In this document: piece by piece, positions 10,476 to 21,386 of the stretch
Position numbering within the stretch: position 1 is the first letter of the stretch
Layout of the letters: each line of letters opens with the position of its first letter
DNA from: Nitrospirota bacterium
GTDB lineage: Bacteria; Nitrospirota; JACRHJ01
Assembly: GCA_963845245.1 (NCBI GenBank)
Contig: CAWJRJ010000020.1
Coordinates: forward strand, 96,001-160,000
Reading direction: 5' to 3'
DNA length: 64,000 bases
Translations under genes and position numbers: made by a program
Notes under the pieces: generated by a model
What the model was told of the DNA's origin: nothing
The model's input: the letters and a program-made list of their open reading frames with translations, nothing else
The model's database searches: none

Positions 10476-11392
10476 CAGGCGTCCCCCGGCTTCGTTTTCC
10501 AGCGTCTGTGCATCCAGAACCACTGGTCGGGGTAGTCGGTTATAAAATCCTCTATGGCCTTTGTATATGCCTGGGTGTTTGCAATGATATCGGCTTCCTT
10601 GTCGCCGGTTTCTATGAGAGGGATCTCGTCACCAATTATAATCTCGTGCCGGTCGGGCCCGATGCGGCGCAGGAAGGCCGGGATCACAGGCACTTTCGTC
10701 CTTGCCGCCATCAGGGCAAGCCCCTTGTTGGTGCAGGCGGGCCGCCCAAAGAAGTCCACAAACACCCCTTCTTTTGCCTTTACGTTCTGGTCGAGCAATA
10801 TACCGACCGCGTTTCCGGATGCCAGGGTTTTAAGGATATCCCGCATCCCGTTTGTCTTGTTGATTAAATAATTCCCGTATTGGCATCTGAGCCTTGATAC
10901 CTCGATGTCCAGGTATGGGTTGTCCAGAGGCCTTACGACCACTCCTATCGGCGGCTTCATAATAGACTGGGCCAAGGCTATCAGCTCCCAGCTCCCGCAG
11001 TGGCCGGTAAGAAGGAATACGCCTTTGCCTTTGTTGAGCGCTTTTTTGTATGCATCATAGTTCTTTAACTGGAAATGCTTTTGAAAATTTCGTCCGTACC
11101 TCTTCGAAAATATGAACTCGATGATTGAATAACCTACATTTTTGTAAACTGACCGGGCAATACCCTCTATCTCGGTTTCAGTCTTAACTTTAAAGCTGTT
11201 GCGGAGGTTGTCGAGTGTTATATCCCTGTGCCTTTTATCAACCCTGTATGCAAAGGACCCGAGGAGGCCGCCAAACTTGAGCGCAAGCCCGAAAGGCAAA
11301 AGTCTTATCAACGACAGGATGCCCTTCGCTAGTACATATTCGGCAAACAACTTAGCCTTGCCGGCTTTTTTTTTCTTGCGCCGCTTCCTCAT
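10475..11392 (-). CDS. lpxL: Lipid A late acyltransferase (LpxL/HtrB family)
   Basis: GHCGSWE (HX4E), LLDQN, VDFFGRPA, PDQWFWMHRRWK. Confidence 0.8.
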   Translation of the reverse strand: MRKRRKKKKAGKAKLFAEYVLAKGILSLIRLLPFGLALKFGGLLGSFAYRVDKRHRDITLDNLRNSFKVKTETEIEGIARSVYKNVGYSIIEFIFSKRYGRNFQKHFQLKNYDAYKKALNKGKGVFLLTGHCGSWELIALAQSIMKPPIGVVVRPLDNPYLDIEVSRLRCQYGNYLINKTNGMRDILKTLASGNAVGILLDQNVKAKEGVFVDFFGRPACTNKGLALMAARTKVPVIPAFLRRIGPDRHEIIIGDEIPLIETGDKEADIIANTQAYTKAIEDFITDYPDQWFWMHRRWKTKPGDA

Positions 11393-11395
11393 ACC

Positions 11396-12475
11396 TCAGG
11401 TTCGCTCTCCAGATATTTTATTCAATAAGCCCTCGATCGTGGAGGAGCCTTCGATTATCTCCATTTTTATTCCGAACGCCAGGAAAGGGATATCAGCAGG
11501 GCCAAGCGCCGAAAGCTTCACGGCGTCCTTCTCTGTCACGACAACAAAATCAGCCCCACGTTCCATCGCCTCGGCCGTTATCTCAGACATATCATTACGA
11601 TTGTACAAATGGTGGTCCGGATAGAATTTGCCCTTTAAAATCTTAGCATTAAGGCCGTTAAGAATCAACGGAAAAGAGGCCGGGTCAGCCACCGCCGCTA
11701 CCGGGAAGACACTTCTGCCTGAAAGTTCTTCAGGGCCTACAACCCGATTGTCCCAAACATTGTAGATTGAAGAAGGGCGGTAGACAGCCTTTGCTACGGG
11801 CACTCCCGGCGGAAGTACGGCGGGTCTTGGACCGGCAGAATCGCAACGAGTAAGTACTATCATGTCGGCCCTTCCGGCTGCAACGGCCGGTTCTCTGAGG
11901 TAACCCAAAGGGATGGTGTAGCCATTACCAAACGGGTGGGCGGCGTCCATTAGGAGTATATTCAAGTCACGCTTAAGGGTCAGGTGCTGGTAGCCGTCAT
12001 CTAATACAACTACATCAACCCCGAAACTTTTTACTGCGAGCATGCCCGCCTCGTAACGGTTTGAGCCCATGACCACCGGTACGCCCGGCAGGTTTTTTGA
12101 GAGCAGGACGGCCTCGTCCCCTGCATCAGATGGCGTCATTAACGGGCTTTTGCCGTCCGACACAACGCATGTGCTGCCCTCGCTGGCCCCCTTGTAGCCG
12201 CGCGTGACAACTGCGGGTTTGAAACCCTTATCCTTCAACAGTCCGCAGATATAAATCGTAAAAGGGGTCTTGCCTGTACCTCCTGCCGAAAGGTTACCCA
12301 CGCTGATGACCTTGCATGGGAGGTATCTGGTTTTCAGAATGCCTGCCTGATAAAGGCCGGCCCTGGCACGTACGACAATTGAATACAGGCATGCGGGCAG
12401 ATATAGGGGATAAAAGTAAAAGGGCAGCTTCTGCTCACCCTTCATAACCCCGAGTATATTTAGCGGAAGTCTCAT
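11396..12475 (-). CDS. lpxK: Tetraacyldisaccharide 4'-kinase
   Basis: ISVGNLSAGGTGKTP, TRGYKG, GDEA, LDDGYQH, PDHH, TEKDAVK. Confidence 0.95.
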   Translation of the reverse strand: MRLPLNILGVMKGEQKLPFYFYPLYLPACLYSIVVRARAGLYQAGILKTRYLPCKVISVGNLSAGGTGKTPFTIYICGLLKDKGFKPAVVTRGYKGASEGSTCVVSDGKSPLMTPSDAGDEAVLLSKNLPGVPVVMGSNRYEAGMLAVKSFGVDVVVLDDGYQHLTLKRDLNILLMDAAHPFGNGYTIPLGYLREPAVAAGRADMIVLTRCDSAGPRPAVLPPGVPVAKAVYRPSSIYNVWDNRVVGPEELSGRSVFPVAAVADPASFPLILNGLNAKILKGKFYPDHHLYNRNDMSEITAEAMERGADFVVVTEKDAVKLSALGPADIPFLAFGIKMEIIEGSSTIEGLLNKISGERT

Positions 12476-13759
12476 CCGTAGAGGAATTTCTCAATGAGTT
12501 CGATGTTTCTCTCTAAAGCGCCCCTGTTTTTTACCAGCGTGTCTTTTGCTACTTTCCCAAGCTTCTCAACCCGCTCCGGTTCCTGTATGAGCCTGACAGC
12601 CTCTCTTGCAAGCTGGGTCCCGTCTTTTACCTCAATGCCCACCCCGCAGTCCTTGAGTATTGCACTGATTTCTGCGAAGTTTTGCATATGCGGGCCGAAG
12701 AAGACGGGTTTACCGAATGCTACAGGCTCAAGGACGTTGTGTCCGCCAACCGGCATCATGCTTCCACCTACAAAGTTTATGTCGCCAACCCTGTACATGC
12801 CGGCAAGCTCGCCCATGGTATCCACAAGAAGTATTCCCGGTACCGGTAGCCTCTCCGAAGTCTCCACGCTTCTCAGCCGGTGTTTGAACCCTTCCCGTGC
12901 TATCAAAGATGCCACGTTTGAAAGTCTCTCCGGGTGTCGTGGAGCAAGCACAAGCACAGTCTCCGGGATACTCTCCAGCACACGTCGATATGCCTTCAAT
13001 ATCTCGGCATCTTCGCCTTCGTGCGTGCTTCCGGCAACAAATACGGATGCGGACTCTGGTATGCCAAGCCTCGCCTTGGTGGTTATCTGCCCTTCTTTCA
13101 ATGAGACGCATGCCTGGTCGAACTTGACGTTCCCGGCCACACGGACCCTGTCAGGAGGTGCGCCCAATGACCTTATCCGTTCTGCATCCGCGTGGGTCTG
13201 CATGTTGTACCCGGATACCAACGCCAATACTTTTTTAAAGAAAAAACGGGCGCGGCTGTAGCCTTTGAACGACCGGGAAGATATGCGTCCGTTTACCAAA
13301 ACAGACGGGATATGGTTGTCGCTCAGGACCTTGATAAGGTTGGGCCAGATCTCGGTCTCCACCACGACGAAGATGTCGGGTTTTACGAGCCCAACCACCC
13401 TTTTTACCACTATGCCCAAATCAAACGGAAAATAGAATATGCGGGCATCAGTCGCCAGCTTTGTCGGTTGCAACGGCATTGCCGGTCTCTGTGACGGTTG
13501 AAAAAAATATGGAAATATCGGGGTGTCTGGCCTTCAGAGCCTTGACCATCGGTATAGCGGCCAATGTCTCACCTACAGACACTGCGTGGATCCAGACCCT
13601 CTTGCCCGAAGTCTGACCAAAGAAACCTTCCTTGAAGATTCCGAACCGCTGCCTTATTCCGGCCCTTTTTTTCCCTCTCAGAAGCAGTCTGATCGCCATG
13701 TATGGAAGGAAGACAAAGGAGAATACGTAGATAAGGAGGCTGTAGGCTGAGTATATCAT
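12472..13759 (-). CDS. waaA: Kdo transferase, frameshift near 13475
   Basis: WIHAVSVGE in the N-part; PFDL, ETEIWPN, GNVKFD, AGSTHEGE, APRHPER, GGHNVLEP in the C-part. Confidence 0.9.
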
Positions 13760-14405
13760 TCGGGCCTGTCCCACCAGTTGTCCGCTTGTTCGGTTATATT
13801 GCGCAACGAATCTTCAAGTTCCTGCCTCTTTTGTTCCATGACGTCGTTGTCGGCATCCCGGCTGACCGTTATAGGACCGCCATAGATATAGACAATATCG
13901 TTAAAGGGGTACGGTATTACAAAACCATCCCAGGAACCGAGAGTTTTTTTTTCCTTGCGCTATACGTAACCGGGTATATAGGCAGACCTGTGGCCTTCGC
14001 GGCCTGTATTGCGCCGATCTGTGCGACAAACCTGGGACCTTTGGGGCCGTCCGGTGTGAATACCAGGCTGTAGCCTTTGGCCGCCAGCCTTAGCATATCC
14101 TTCAGCGCCGATATCCCTCCCCGGGTGGTTGAACCGCGCGAAGACCCAATCCCAAACCGTTCCATAGTCCTGCTTATGAGTTCGCCGTCTTTGTGCCTGC
14201 TTATCATTACAGATGCCGGCCTGTCCTTTTTAAGGATCGGGATCATCAGCATCCTGCCGTGCCAGAACGCGAGTATGATCTGCTCCTTGTTTACATCCAC
14301 TTCGTTAATGATAACGGACCGGGACGTTATCTTTATAAACCTGATGATTTTGCTGGTGAGCAACGGGGCAAGGTAAAGGATCAGCTTCTCTTTAAATTTT
14401 CGCAT
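13756..14405 (-). CDS. DUF374 acyltransferase (LpxJ-like), frameshift in the homopolymer run near 13945
   Basis: AFWHGRM, ISRHKDGE, RGSTTRGG, FTPDGPKGP; the shifted frame continues SWDGFVIPYPF...WWDRPE to a TGA overlapping the waaA ATG. Confidence 0.8.
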
Positions 14406-16152
14406 GTTTGCCCTCCAGTCGGCCGAACTGCATTTCATACAACTTTTTATATATAGCGCACGACTCAAGGAGTTCTGAATGCCTTCCCATGCCGGATACG
14501 ACGCCCTTGTCTATCACCACTATCTTGTCGGCGTTGATTATTGTCGAGAGCCGGTGGGCAATAACGAGCGTGGTACGGTTCTTCATCAGATTCTCAAGAG
14601 CAGTCTGCACTATCCTCTCTGATTCCGTATCAAGGGCAGATGTGGCCTCGTCCAGCACGAGTATCGGACTATTCTTTAAGATGGCCCGCGCGATGGATAT
14701 CCTTTGTTTCTCGCCTCCAGAGAGCCTGACACCTTTTTCGCCGATGATGGTCTCGTACTTCTCCGGCATCTTTTCTATGAATTTATCCGCGTGTGCAGCC
14801 TTCGCAGCGCCTAATATCGCCTCCTCAGAGTATTTCTTAGTCCCATAGGAGATGTTGTACCTGATAGTGTCGTTGAAGAGTATCGTATCCTGTGTGACTA
14901 CGGATATCTGCTGCCTCAGGGTGCGCAGTGAAAACTCCCTTATGTCCACGCCGTCTATCAGTATGGCCCCGCCGTCTATGTCGAAGAAACGCGGGAGAAG
15001 GTTCACGATCGTCGTCTTCCCGCCACCGCTTGAACCGACTATGGCGACAACCTCGCCCTTTTTTATCGTCAGGTTTATGTCTTTCAGCACTTCGTCTTCA
15101 GCTTTGTTGTATCTGAACGCGACGTTCCTGTACTCGATCTTATCCTTTACGCCTTCCGGCCCCTTGATGCCGGTGTCCATGGCTTCCCTCTCGGTGGCCG
15201 TATCGAGTACGTCGAATATCCGTTCCGAGGCTGCAATCGCCTGCTGCATGCTGTTGTGCAGGCCTCCAAGCGTTTTTACCGGGGGATAAAGCATGACGAG
15301 CGCCGCGGCAAATGAGAAGAAGTCTCCGGCCGACAAATCCCCGGCTATTACATGTCCTCCTCCATACCATATTATCAACCCGACAGAAAACCCTCCGATC
15401 GCATCCAATGTCGGCGCGACCCGGCTCCCAACCCGTGCGGATTTCAGATTTATCCTGGTGTTCTCCTGGTTTTGTTTCCTGAACTTTTCCCTCTCCTCGT
15501 CTTCCATGGTGAAGGCTTTTACTATCCTTACACCCGTAAAGTTCTCCAGAAGGATGTTCGAGAGCGTGGCGATGTTCTGCTGGGCCTGCCTGCTTATTCG
15601 CCTCATCCTTTTCCCAAACTTGTCTATGAACAAGCCGCCTATGGGGAAGACCAGCATGGCGATAAGGGCAAGCTTCCAGTCCCTTATGAAAATGACTACC
15701 AACAGGCCGACAATGGTAAATGACTGCTGAAGGAAATCCTTGATCGTGCTGGCGAGGAGCCTGCTCAGGACGCCTACGTCGTTCATCATGTTAGACATCA
15801 GTTTGCCGGTGGAACTGCTGTGGTACTCCTTCAGAGGAAGGTAGACCATGTGGCCGTAAAGGTCGTCTCTGACATCCCTTATCACATACAGTGAGGCGTA
15901 CTGGGTGCAGTATGATTGCAGGTAAGTGAATACGTTCTTTACGATGTACAGCACAATAACGCCGAACGACAGCAGCACCAGATGGGAACCGTCCTTCTTT
16001 ACAAATATATTATCGAGTACGGGTTTTACAAGCCACGCGGTGAAGGCAGTTGTAGAAGACACTATCGAAGTGCAGACTATAGCCAGGATCGTCCATTTAA
16101 GGTATCTTTTTGTGTAGGGCCACAGCCTTCTATACTGGTTTAACTTATCCAA
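14392..16152 (-). CDS. msbA: Lipid A flippase ABC transporter
   Basis: Transmembrane domain plus GSSGGGKT, LSGGEKQR, LDEATSALD; follows lpxB. Confidence 0.9.
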   Translation of the reverse strand: MDKLNQYRRLWPYTKRYLKWTILAIVCTSIVSSTTAFTAWLVKPVLDNIFVKKDGSHLVLLSFGVIVLYIVKNVFTYLQSYCTQYASLYVIRDVRDDLYGHMVYLPLKEYHSSSTGKLMSNMMNDVGVLSRLLASTIKDFLQQSFTIVGLLVVIFIRDWKLALIAMLVFPIGGLFIDKFGKRMRRISRQAQQNIATLSNILLENFTGVRIVKAFTMEDEEREKFRKQNQENTRINLKSARVGSRVAPTLDAIGGFSVGLIIWYGGGHVIAGDLSAGDFFSFAAALVMLYPPVKTLGGLHNSMQQAIAASERIFDVLDTATEREAMDTGIKGPEGVKDKIEYRNVAFRYNKAEDEVLKDINLTIKKGEVVAIVGSSGGGKTTIVNLLPRFFDIDGGAILIDGVDIREFSLRTLRQQISVVTQDTILFNDTIRYNISYGTKKYSEEAILGAAKAAHADKFIEKMPEKYETIIGEKGVRLSGGEKQRISIARAILKNSPILVLDEATSALDTESERIVQTALENLMKNRTTLVIAHRLSTIINADKIVVIDKGVVSGMGRHSELLESCAIYKKLYEMQFGRLEGKHAKI

Positions 16153-17287
16153 GCGACCTCACAATCTCCTCCGCCGCCCGCATGGAGGCCCCGGAGCCGC
16201 CCAGCTTTGACTTTATGTCTTTCAGCTTCTCAGTCATTTCCTGCCGGTACTTTTCGTCCGTGAAGGTTTTGGTCACAAAAGAACTGATGTTCTCTGGGTT
16301 GGCCTCGTCCTGTATTAATTCTGGAACCACGAGCCCTCCAAGCACGAGATTTACAAGGCCTATATATTTAACCTTTATGAGCAACCTTCCGATACGATAT
16401 GTCAAAGGCGAAAGCCGGTACATGATTACCATCGGTTTGTTATGCAGTCCGACCTGTAGAGTCGCAGTGCCGGACGCCACCACGGCGCAGTCCATTAACG
16501 CCATTACCCCATTGGTGTCGCCAGATACCAGTTTTACATCCTTGATGCCTGCAAGGTATGGTTCGAAACTCTTCATGTCAAGCGTGTCCGCCACCGGGAT
16601 GACCGCCTGGAGTTCCGGCATGGAGGATTTTAAAATCCTGAACGCCTCGACCATCACAGGAAGGTGGAACGAAACTTCTTTTTTCCTGCTACCCGGTAGC
16701 AGTCCAAGTACTGGCCTTGTATGGTCGATTCCGAATGCCGCTGAAAGCTCTTCCCTGTCCCTCGTTTCAGGTTGCTCGTCGAGGACAGGGTGCCCCACGA
16801 AAACGCAGTCTACGTTGGCCCCATCATAAAACGCCTTCTCAAACGGGAACACGACCATCATTTTATTTACTAGTCCGGCGATTTTCTTTACTCTGCCCCG
16901 TCTCCAGGCCCATACCTGTGGGCTGATGTAGTATACCACGGGTACGCCGGCTTTTTTTGCAACTTTTGCAAGCCTAAGGTTGAAGTCGGGGTAGTCAATC
17001 AATACTAGCATCGCCGGAGGATCATTCACAAGGATATCCCGCATCTTGTCGAAAGCGCCCTTTATATCCTTGAAATGCGCGAGCACTTCCCATATTCCGA
17101 CGACGGCGAGGGTCGTAATGTCCACGAGAGTCGATACACCGGCCTTGCGCATATTCAAGCCGCCAATGCCGAAAAGCTCCAGGTCTGGCCGGAGCGTTTT
17201 CAGGGATTCGGCCAGGTGGCCGCCGTGGAGGTCGCCGGACGCCTCTCCGGCAACCAGCATTATCCTGGTGCTTCCGTTTCGTGCCAC
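16145..17287 (-). CDS. lpxB: Lipid A disaccharide synthase
   Basis: VAGEASGDLHG, IDYPDFN, YYISPQVWAWR, LLPGSR, SGTATL. Confidence 0.95.
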   Translation of the reverse strand: MARNGSTRIMLVAGEASGDLHGGHLAESLKTLRPDLELFGIGGLNMRKAGVSTLVDITTLAVVGIWEVLAHFKDIKGAFDKMRDILVNDPPAMLVLIDYPDFNLRLAKVAKKAGVPVVYYISPQVWAWRRGRVKKIAGLVNKMMVVFPFEKAFYDGANVDCVFVGHPVLDEQPETRDREELSAAFGIDHTRPVLGLLPGSRKKEVSFHLPVMVEAFRILKSSMPELQAVIPVADTLDMKSFEPYLAGIKDVKLVSGDTNGVMALMDCAVVASGTATLQVGLHNKPMVIMYRLSPLTYRIGRLLIKVKYIGLVNLVLGGLVVPELIQDEANPENISSFVTKTFTDEKYRQEMTEKLKDIKSKLGGSGASMRAAEEIVRSLG

Positions 17288-17289
17288 GA

Positions 17290-18390
17290 TTATAGACAGG
17301 CCTTTATCGTTTCACATATAAGGTCAACGTCCCCAGGAGGAAGTTCTGGGTAGATGGGGAGTGAGAGGACGTCTTCTGCCGCCTTCTCTGCGACGGGGAA
17401 CGACCCTTTACCGTAACCAAGTTCTTTGTAAGAATTCTGGAGGTGCAGTGGGACTGGATAATATATTGCGGACGCAATACCCTTGTCGGCCAGAGCTTTC
17501 ATTATGGCGTCTCTTTTTGAGGTCCGGACAGTATATTGGTGGTAGACATGGAAATACCCGGTTATCTCCGAAGGGACGGTTATTCCCGGCATCTTGGAGA
17601 GGGACTCGCTGTACTGCATGGCCCTTTCGCGTCTCAGCATGTTGTAGGTCTCTATCTTTTTAAGCTTAACCCTTAGTATGCCTGCCTGAATCTCGTCAAG
17701 ACGGCTGTTGTAACCGACTGTATCGTGGTAGTAACGCACCTTGCTGCCGTGGTTTCTAAGCGAGTGAAGCTCCGCTGCAACCATGTCGCTGTCGGTCGTG
17801 ACCATCCCGCCGTCGCCGTAACAGCCGAGGTTCTTGCTAGGGAAGAAAGAGAAGCATCCCGCGTCCGCAAAAGAGCCTGTTTTCGTAAATTTATAATGCG
17901 CCCCGAAGCTCTGCGCGCAGTCCTCGATGACCTTTAACCCATGCGTATTGGCAACCTCAAGGACCTGTCCCATATTAGCCGGGTGTCCGAAGATATGCAC
18001 CGGGATTATTGCCTTGGTCTTTGCCGTTATCTTTGAGGCAATCATGGCTGCATCCATATTGAGGGTATTCTCTTCTATGTCTACAAACACGGGCTTTGCG
18101 CCTATATAGGATATGGCCTCCGCAGTGGCGATAAAGGTAAACGGCGTAGTTATCACCTCGTCGCCGGGCTTAATGCCTGTTGCGAGGAGGGCCAGGTGCA
18201 GGGCATCCGTACCGGAGGCCACGGCGACCGCATGCTTTGTGCCGATATATTCCGCCACTTCTTTTTCAAGGGCGGCCACGTTCGGACCAAGGATGAAATG
18301 GCAGGAGTCGAGCACCTCCCGGATTTTCAGGTCAAGCTCTTCTTTAATATCAAGGTACTGAGCCTTGAGGTCAACCATGGGTATAGTCAT
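17290..18390 (-). CDS. gnnB: DegT/DnrJ/EryC1/StrS PLP aminotransferase, GnnB-like
   Basis: SGTDAL, EDCAQ, SFFPSKNLGCYGDGG, NSRLDEIQA; lies between lpxI and lpxB. The symbol rests on context. Confidence 0.7.
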   Translation of the reverse strand: MTIPMVDLKAQYLDIKEELDLKIREVLDSCHFILGPNVAALEKEVAEYIGTKHAVAVASGTDALHLALLATGIKPGDEVITTPFTFIATAEAISYIGAKPVFVDIEENTLNMDAAMIASKITAKTKAIIPVHIFGHPANMGQVLEVANTHGLKVIEDCAQSFGAHYKFTKTGSFADAGCFSFFPSKNLGCYGDGGMVTTDSDMVAAELHSLRNHGSKVRYYHDTVGYNSRLDEIQAGILRVKLKKIETYNMLRRERAMQYSESLSKMPGITVPSEITGYFHVYHQYTVRTSKRDAIMKALADKGIASAIYYPVPLHLQNSYKELGYGKGSFPVAEKAAEDVLSLPIYPELPPGDVDLICETIKACL

Positions 18391-19341
18391 TTACAACACG
18401 CTCCTGCTCTTTATCTCCTGCTGTACACGCATCGCTATTTTCAGCGCTTCACGGCCTTCCCTTCCCGAAACAAGCGGCCTGCTCCTGTCCCTCACCGAAG
18501 CAAGGAATGCCTCGAGCTCGGCCTTCAGGGGCTCCTCTTTAACCACCTTTACCTTGCCGCCTACTATATCTGGCTTCCCTTCCGGGTCCTTCTTGTTAGG
18601 TATTCTGTGGTACGCGTATATCTCCTGGTCCTGATAGTTGAGGGATATATACGTGTCAGGCTGAAACAATCTTATCTTCCGCTCTTTTTTAATCGATATC
18701 CTGCTGGAAGTGATATTAGCCACGCATCCCGACTCAAACTCGATCCTCGCATTGGCTATGTCGACATTTTTTGAGATTACAGGTATCCCCACTCCGCTTA
18801 TCGTTTTTACAGGTGATTTTACCAGGCTCATTATGATGTCTATGTCATGGATCATCAGGTCCAGCACCACGTCGACATCTGTGCTCCTGTCCGGGAATGG
18901 AGAGAGCCGGTTGCACTCGATGAATTTCGGTGTTGTAGTCATCTCAACCATCTTCACAACCGCGGAATTGAATCTCTCGAGGTGGCCTACCTGGAAGATA
19001 CGATCTTTCGCATCAGAAATATTTATAAGTTCGTCGGCCTCTTCAACGGTTACTGTAATGGGCTTTTCGAGGAGGACGTCTGAACCGGCCTCAAAGAATG
19101 CCTTTGCGAGCGCGTGGTGATGTACAGTCGGCGCCACAATGGATACTGCGTCCACTTTTCCGAAAAGTTCCTCATGGTTTTTGAAGGCCTGTGTCTTGAA
19201 CTTCTTTGCAATCTCTTTTGCACGGTCGAAATCGACGTCCACGACTCCGACAAGCTCGGCATTCTTCAGCTCGGAATAAATCCTTGCGTGGTGCTGCCCA
19301 AGATAACCTACCCCAACGACCCCTACCCGTAGTTTTTCCAT
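18391..19341 (-). CDS. gnnA: Gfo/Idh/MocA oxidoreductase, GnnA-like UDP-GlcNAc 3-dehydrogenase
   Basis: GVGYLGQHHAR, EKPI, VGHLERFN, DVVLDLMIHDID; paired with the aminotransferase inside the lpx operon. Confidence 0.75.
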   Translation of the reverse strand: MEKLRVGVVGVGYLGQHHARIYSELKNAELVGVVDVDFDRAKEIAKKFKTQAFKNHEELFGKVDAVSIVAPTVHHHALAKAFFEAGSDVLLEKPITVTVEEADELINISDAKDRIFQVGHLERFNSAVVKMVEMTTTPKFIECNRLSPFPDRSTDVDVVLDLMIHDIDIIMSLVKSPVKTISGVGIPVISKNVDIANARIEFESGCVANITSSRISIKKERKIRLFQPDTYISLNYQDQEIYAYHRIPNKKDPEGKPDIVGGKVKVVKEEPLKAELEAFLASVRDRSRPLVSGREGREALKIAMRVQQEIKSRSVL

Positions 19342-20147
19342 TATATTCCCATTATGCAGATGCCAGATTTGTCGGCTGCCGCCAGCAGTTCTCTCTTCTC
19401 GAGCATCAGGGTCTTGCCGGCTTCAACCGCAAGCACTCTGGCCTTAGCCTCCCTCAATGCCTCTATAGTCCTCATCCCGGTAACAGGTACGTCAAAACGC
19501 ATGTCGTGGCCCTTCCTGCTGACCTTGACGACGACGATGCCGCCCTTTCCGAGTTCCCCTGCTCTCCTGATACAGTTATCAGTCCCCTCCACGGCCTCGA
19601 CAGCAACGACGGAGAGGTCCTTTACCGCCACGCTCTGGCCTATATCGTGGTCAGCAATGACTTTCGCCATTTTGAATCCGAACTCTACATCCGCCAACTC
19701 GGCCTTGTCGGGCTGTCTTTTGGTCATCACGCCCTTATCTGCCAGGTATTCACCCATGTATGTCGTCGAGTCTAGAAGTTCTATCCCGTTTTTTGAAAGC
19801 TCGTCCGCAACCGCTTTCAGGATGGTGTCGCCTTTTTTGTCAGGAAGGCTGGCCCATAGCCTGGCTGAGGTGAGGTCAAGCTTCAGGATGTCCGATGTAT
19901 ACATCCTCCTCTTTACGACCTGCCCCGCCATGATCGCCCTGGTGACGCCTTCGTTCTTAAAGGTACTGATCAGTTTACCGAGCTGGGTTATGCTCAACCA
20001 GTAAACCTTTGAGGCAATTCCTTCGATGGCACGGTCGGTCTCTTCGGATAGAGCAACCGCGACCACTTCGATGCCTTCTTTGACTGCATTTTCAGCCAAA
20101 ATTAAAGGGAACTTGCCGTTCCCCGCGATTATGCCAAGCTTCTCCAT
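19341..20147 (-). CDS. lpxI: UDP-2,3-diacylglucosamine diphosphatase
   Basis: LGIIAGNGKFP, DIGQSV, AVEAVEGTD, DMRFDVP. Confidence 0.9.
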   Translation of the reverse strand: MEKLGIIAGNGKFPLILAENAVKEGIEVVAVALSEETDRAIEGIASKVYWLSITQLGKLISTFKNEGVTRAIMAGQVVKRRMYTSDILKLDLTSARLWASLPDKKGDTILKAVADELSKNGIELLDSTTYMGEYLADKGVMTKRQPDKAELADVEFGFKMAKVIADHDIGQSVAVKDLSVVAVEAVEGTDNCIRRAGELGKGGIVVVKVSRKGHDMRFDVPVTGMRTIEALREAKARVLAVEAGKTLMLEKRELLAAADKSGICIMGI

Positions 20148-20160
20148 TTTCAAAAGTCCG

Positions 20161-20935
20161 TTACCGTATCACGCCTCTCTTGGACTGCTCTATGAAATCC
20201 AGCATCAGCTCCACTTCCGGAGTCATGGCCTCCTCCGCAAGCACCTTTTCCTTGGCGTCTTTGAAGGTGAGCCCGCTTCTGAAAATGATCTGGTAGGCTT
20301 TCTTGATGGCGGCTACACGTCTCGCTGCTGAACCCTCTTCTTTTAAGGCCGACAAGGTTCAGGCCGTGAAGGATCGCGTGGTTGCCCGCAACGTTGGTAA
20401 AAGGCGGAACGTCCTGTGAAACCGCAGAACCTCCACCTATCATGCTGTGTGCTCCGATCCTGACGAACTGATGGATTGCCGCGAGCCCACCTATTACCGC
20501 ATGGTACCCGATGTGTACGTGTCCGCCCATTTGCACGCAATTTACAATGAGTACATTGTCTTCGACAATGCAGTCATGGGCTATATGCGCGTACGACAGG
20601 ATGAAACAGTCGTTGCCTATTTTGGTAACACCGCCGCCGCCGACCGTGCCACGGTTTAACGTTGCGAATTCCCTTATTTTGTTGCGGTCGCCGATTACAA
20701 GTTTCGTCTCTTCGCCGCCGAATTTATAGTCCTGGGGGACCTCGCCGATGGACGTGAACTGGTATATCTCGTTGTCCTCGCCGATCTCGACAAAAGGCTT
20801 GATGACCGCGTGTGCGCCGATCTTCGTACCCTTGCCGATCGTGACGTTATCTTCGATAATCGCATACGGGCCTACGGTGACGTCTTCCGCAAGTCTTGCG
20901 CCGGGGTGTACTATTGCCGTTGGATGTATATTCAA
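20161..20935 (-). CDS. lpxA: Acyl-ACP--UDP-GlcNAc acyltransferase, frameshift near 20320
   Basis: IHPTAIV, hexapeptide repeats, HIAHDC, HQFVRIG, QDVPPF, GLNLVGLKRRGF; the C-terminal helices are in ORF 20161..20355. Confidence 0.92.
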
Positions 20936-20951
20936 AACGTTCTCCGCATTA

Positions 20952-21386
20952 CTATTCCTTGGTGGTCATCGCCATAAACTCGGCTTCGCACACTACCTTG
21001 CCATCGACCTTCGCCTCGCCCTTGAACTTCCATACCTTGCCCCTGGTCTGGAGGGCTTCTACCTCAAGTACGAGCTGGTCGCCGGGCACTACGGGCTTCC
21101 TGAACTTTGCCTTCTCTATGCTCATGAAATAGACCATGTTGTCATCGTTAGGGTTGGGGTTGGACTTAGACACGAGTATGCCGCCTACCTGCGCCATTGC
21201 TTCCACCATCAGCACCCCGGGCATTATCGGTCTGCCAGGAAAGTGGCCCTGAAAGAACGGCTCGTCCATGCTTACGTTCTTGAGAGCGGTAATCTTCTTC
21301 CCCGGTTCAATATCAAGGACCCTGTCCACAAACAAAAACGGGTACCTGTGGGGGAGTATCTTCTGAATTTCAATTATGTCAAGCAT
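20952..21386 (-). CDS. fabZ: 3-hydroxyacyl-ACP dehydratase
   Basis: [31 protein letters not shown]. Confidence 0.95.
   Translation of the reverse strand: MLDIIEIQKILPHRYPFLFVDRVLDIEPGKKITALKNVSMDEPFFQGHFPGRPIMPGVLMVEAMAQVGGILVSKSNPNPNDDNMVYFMSIEKAKFRKPVVPGDQLVLEVEALQTRGKVWKFKGEAKVDGKVVCEAEFMAMTTKE

Noticed and set aside
13940..13955. Programmed frameshift or phase variation at the 10-base homopolymer in the DUF374 gene
   Set aside because: Cannot be distinguished from the window-wide indel error background.
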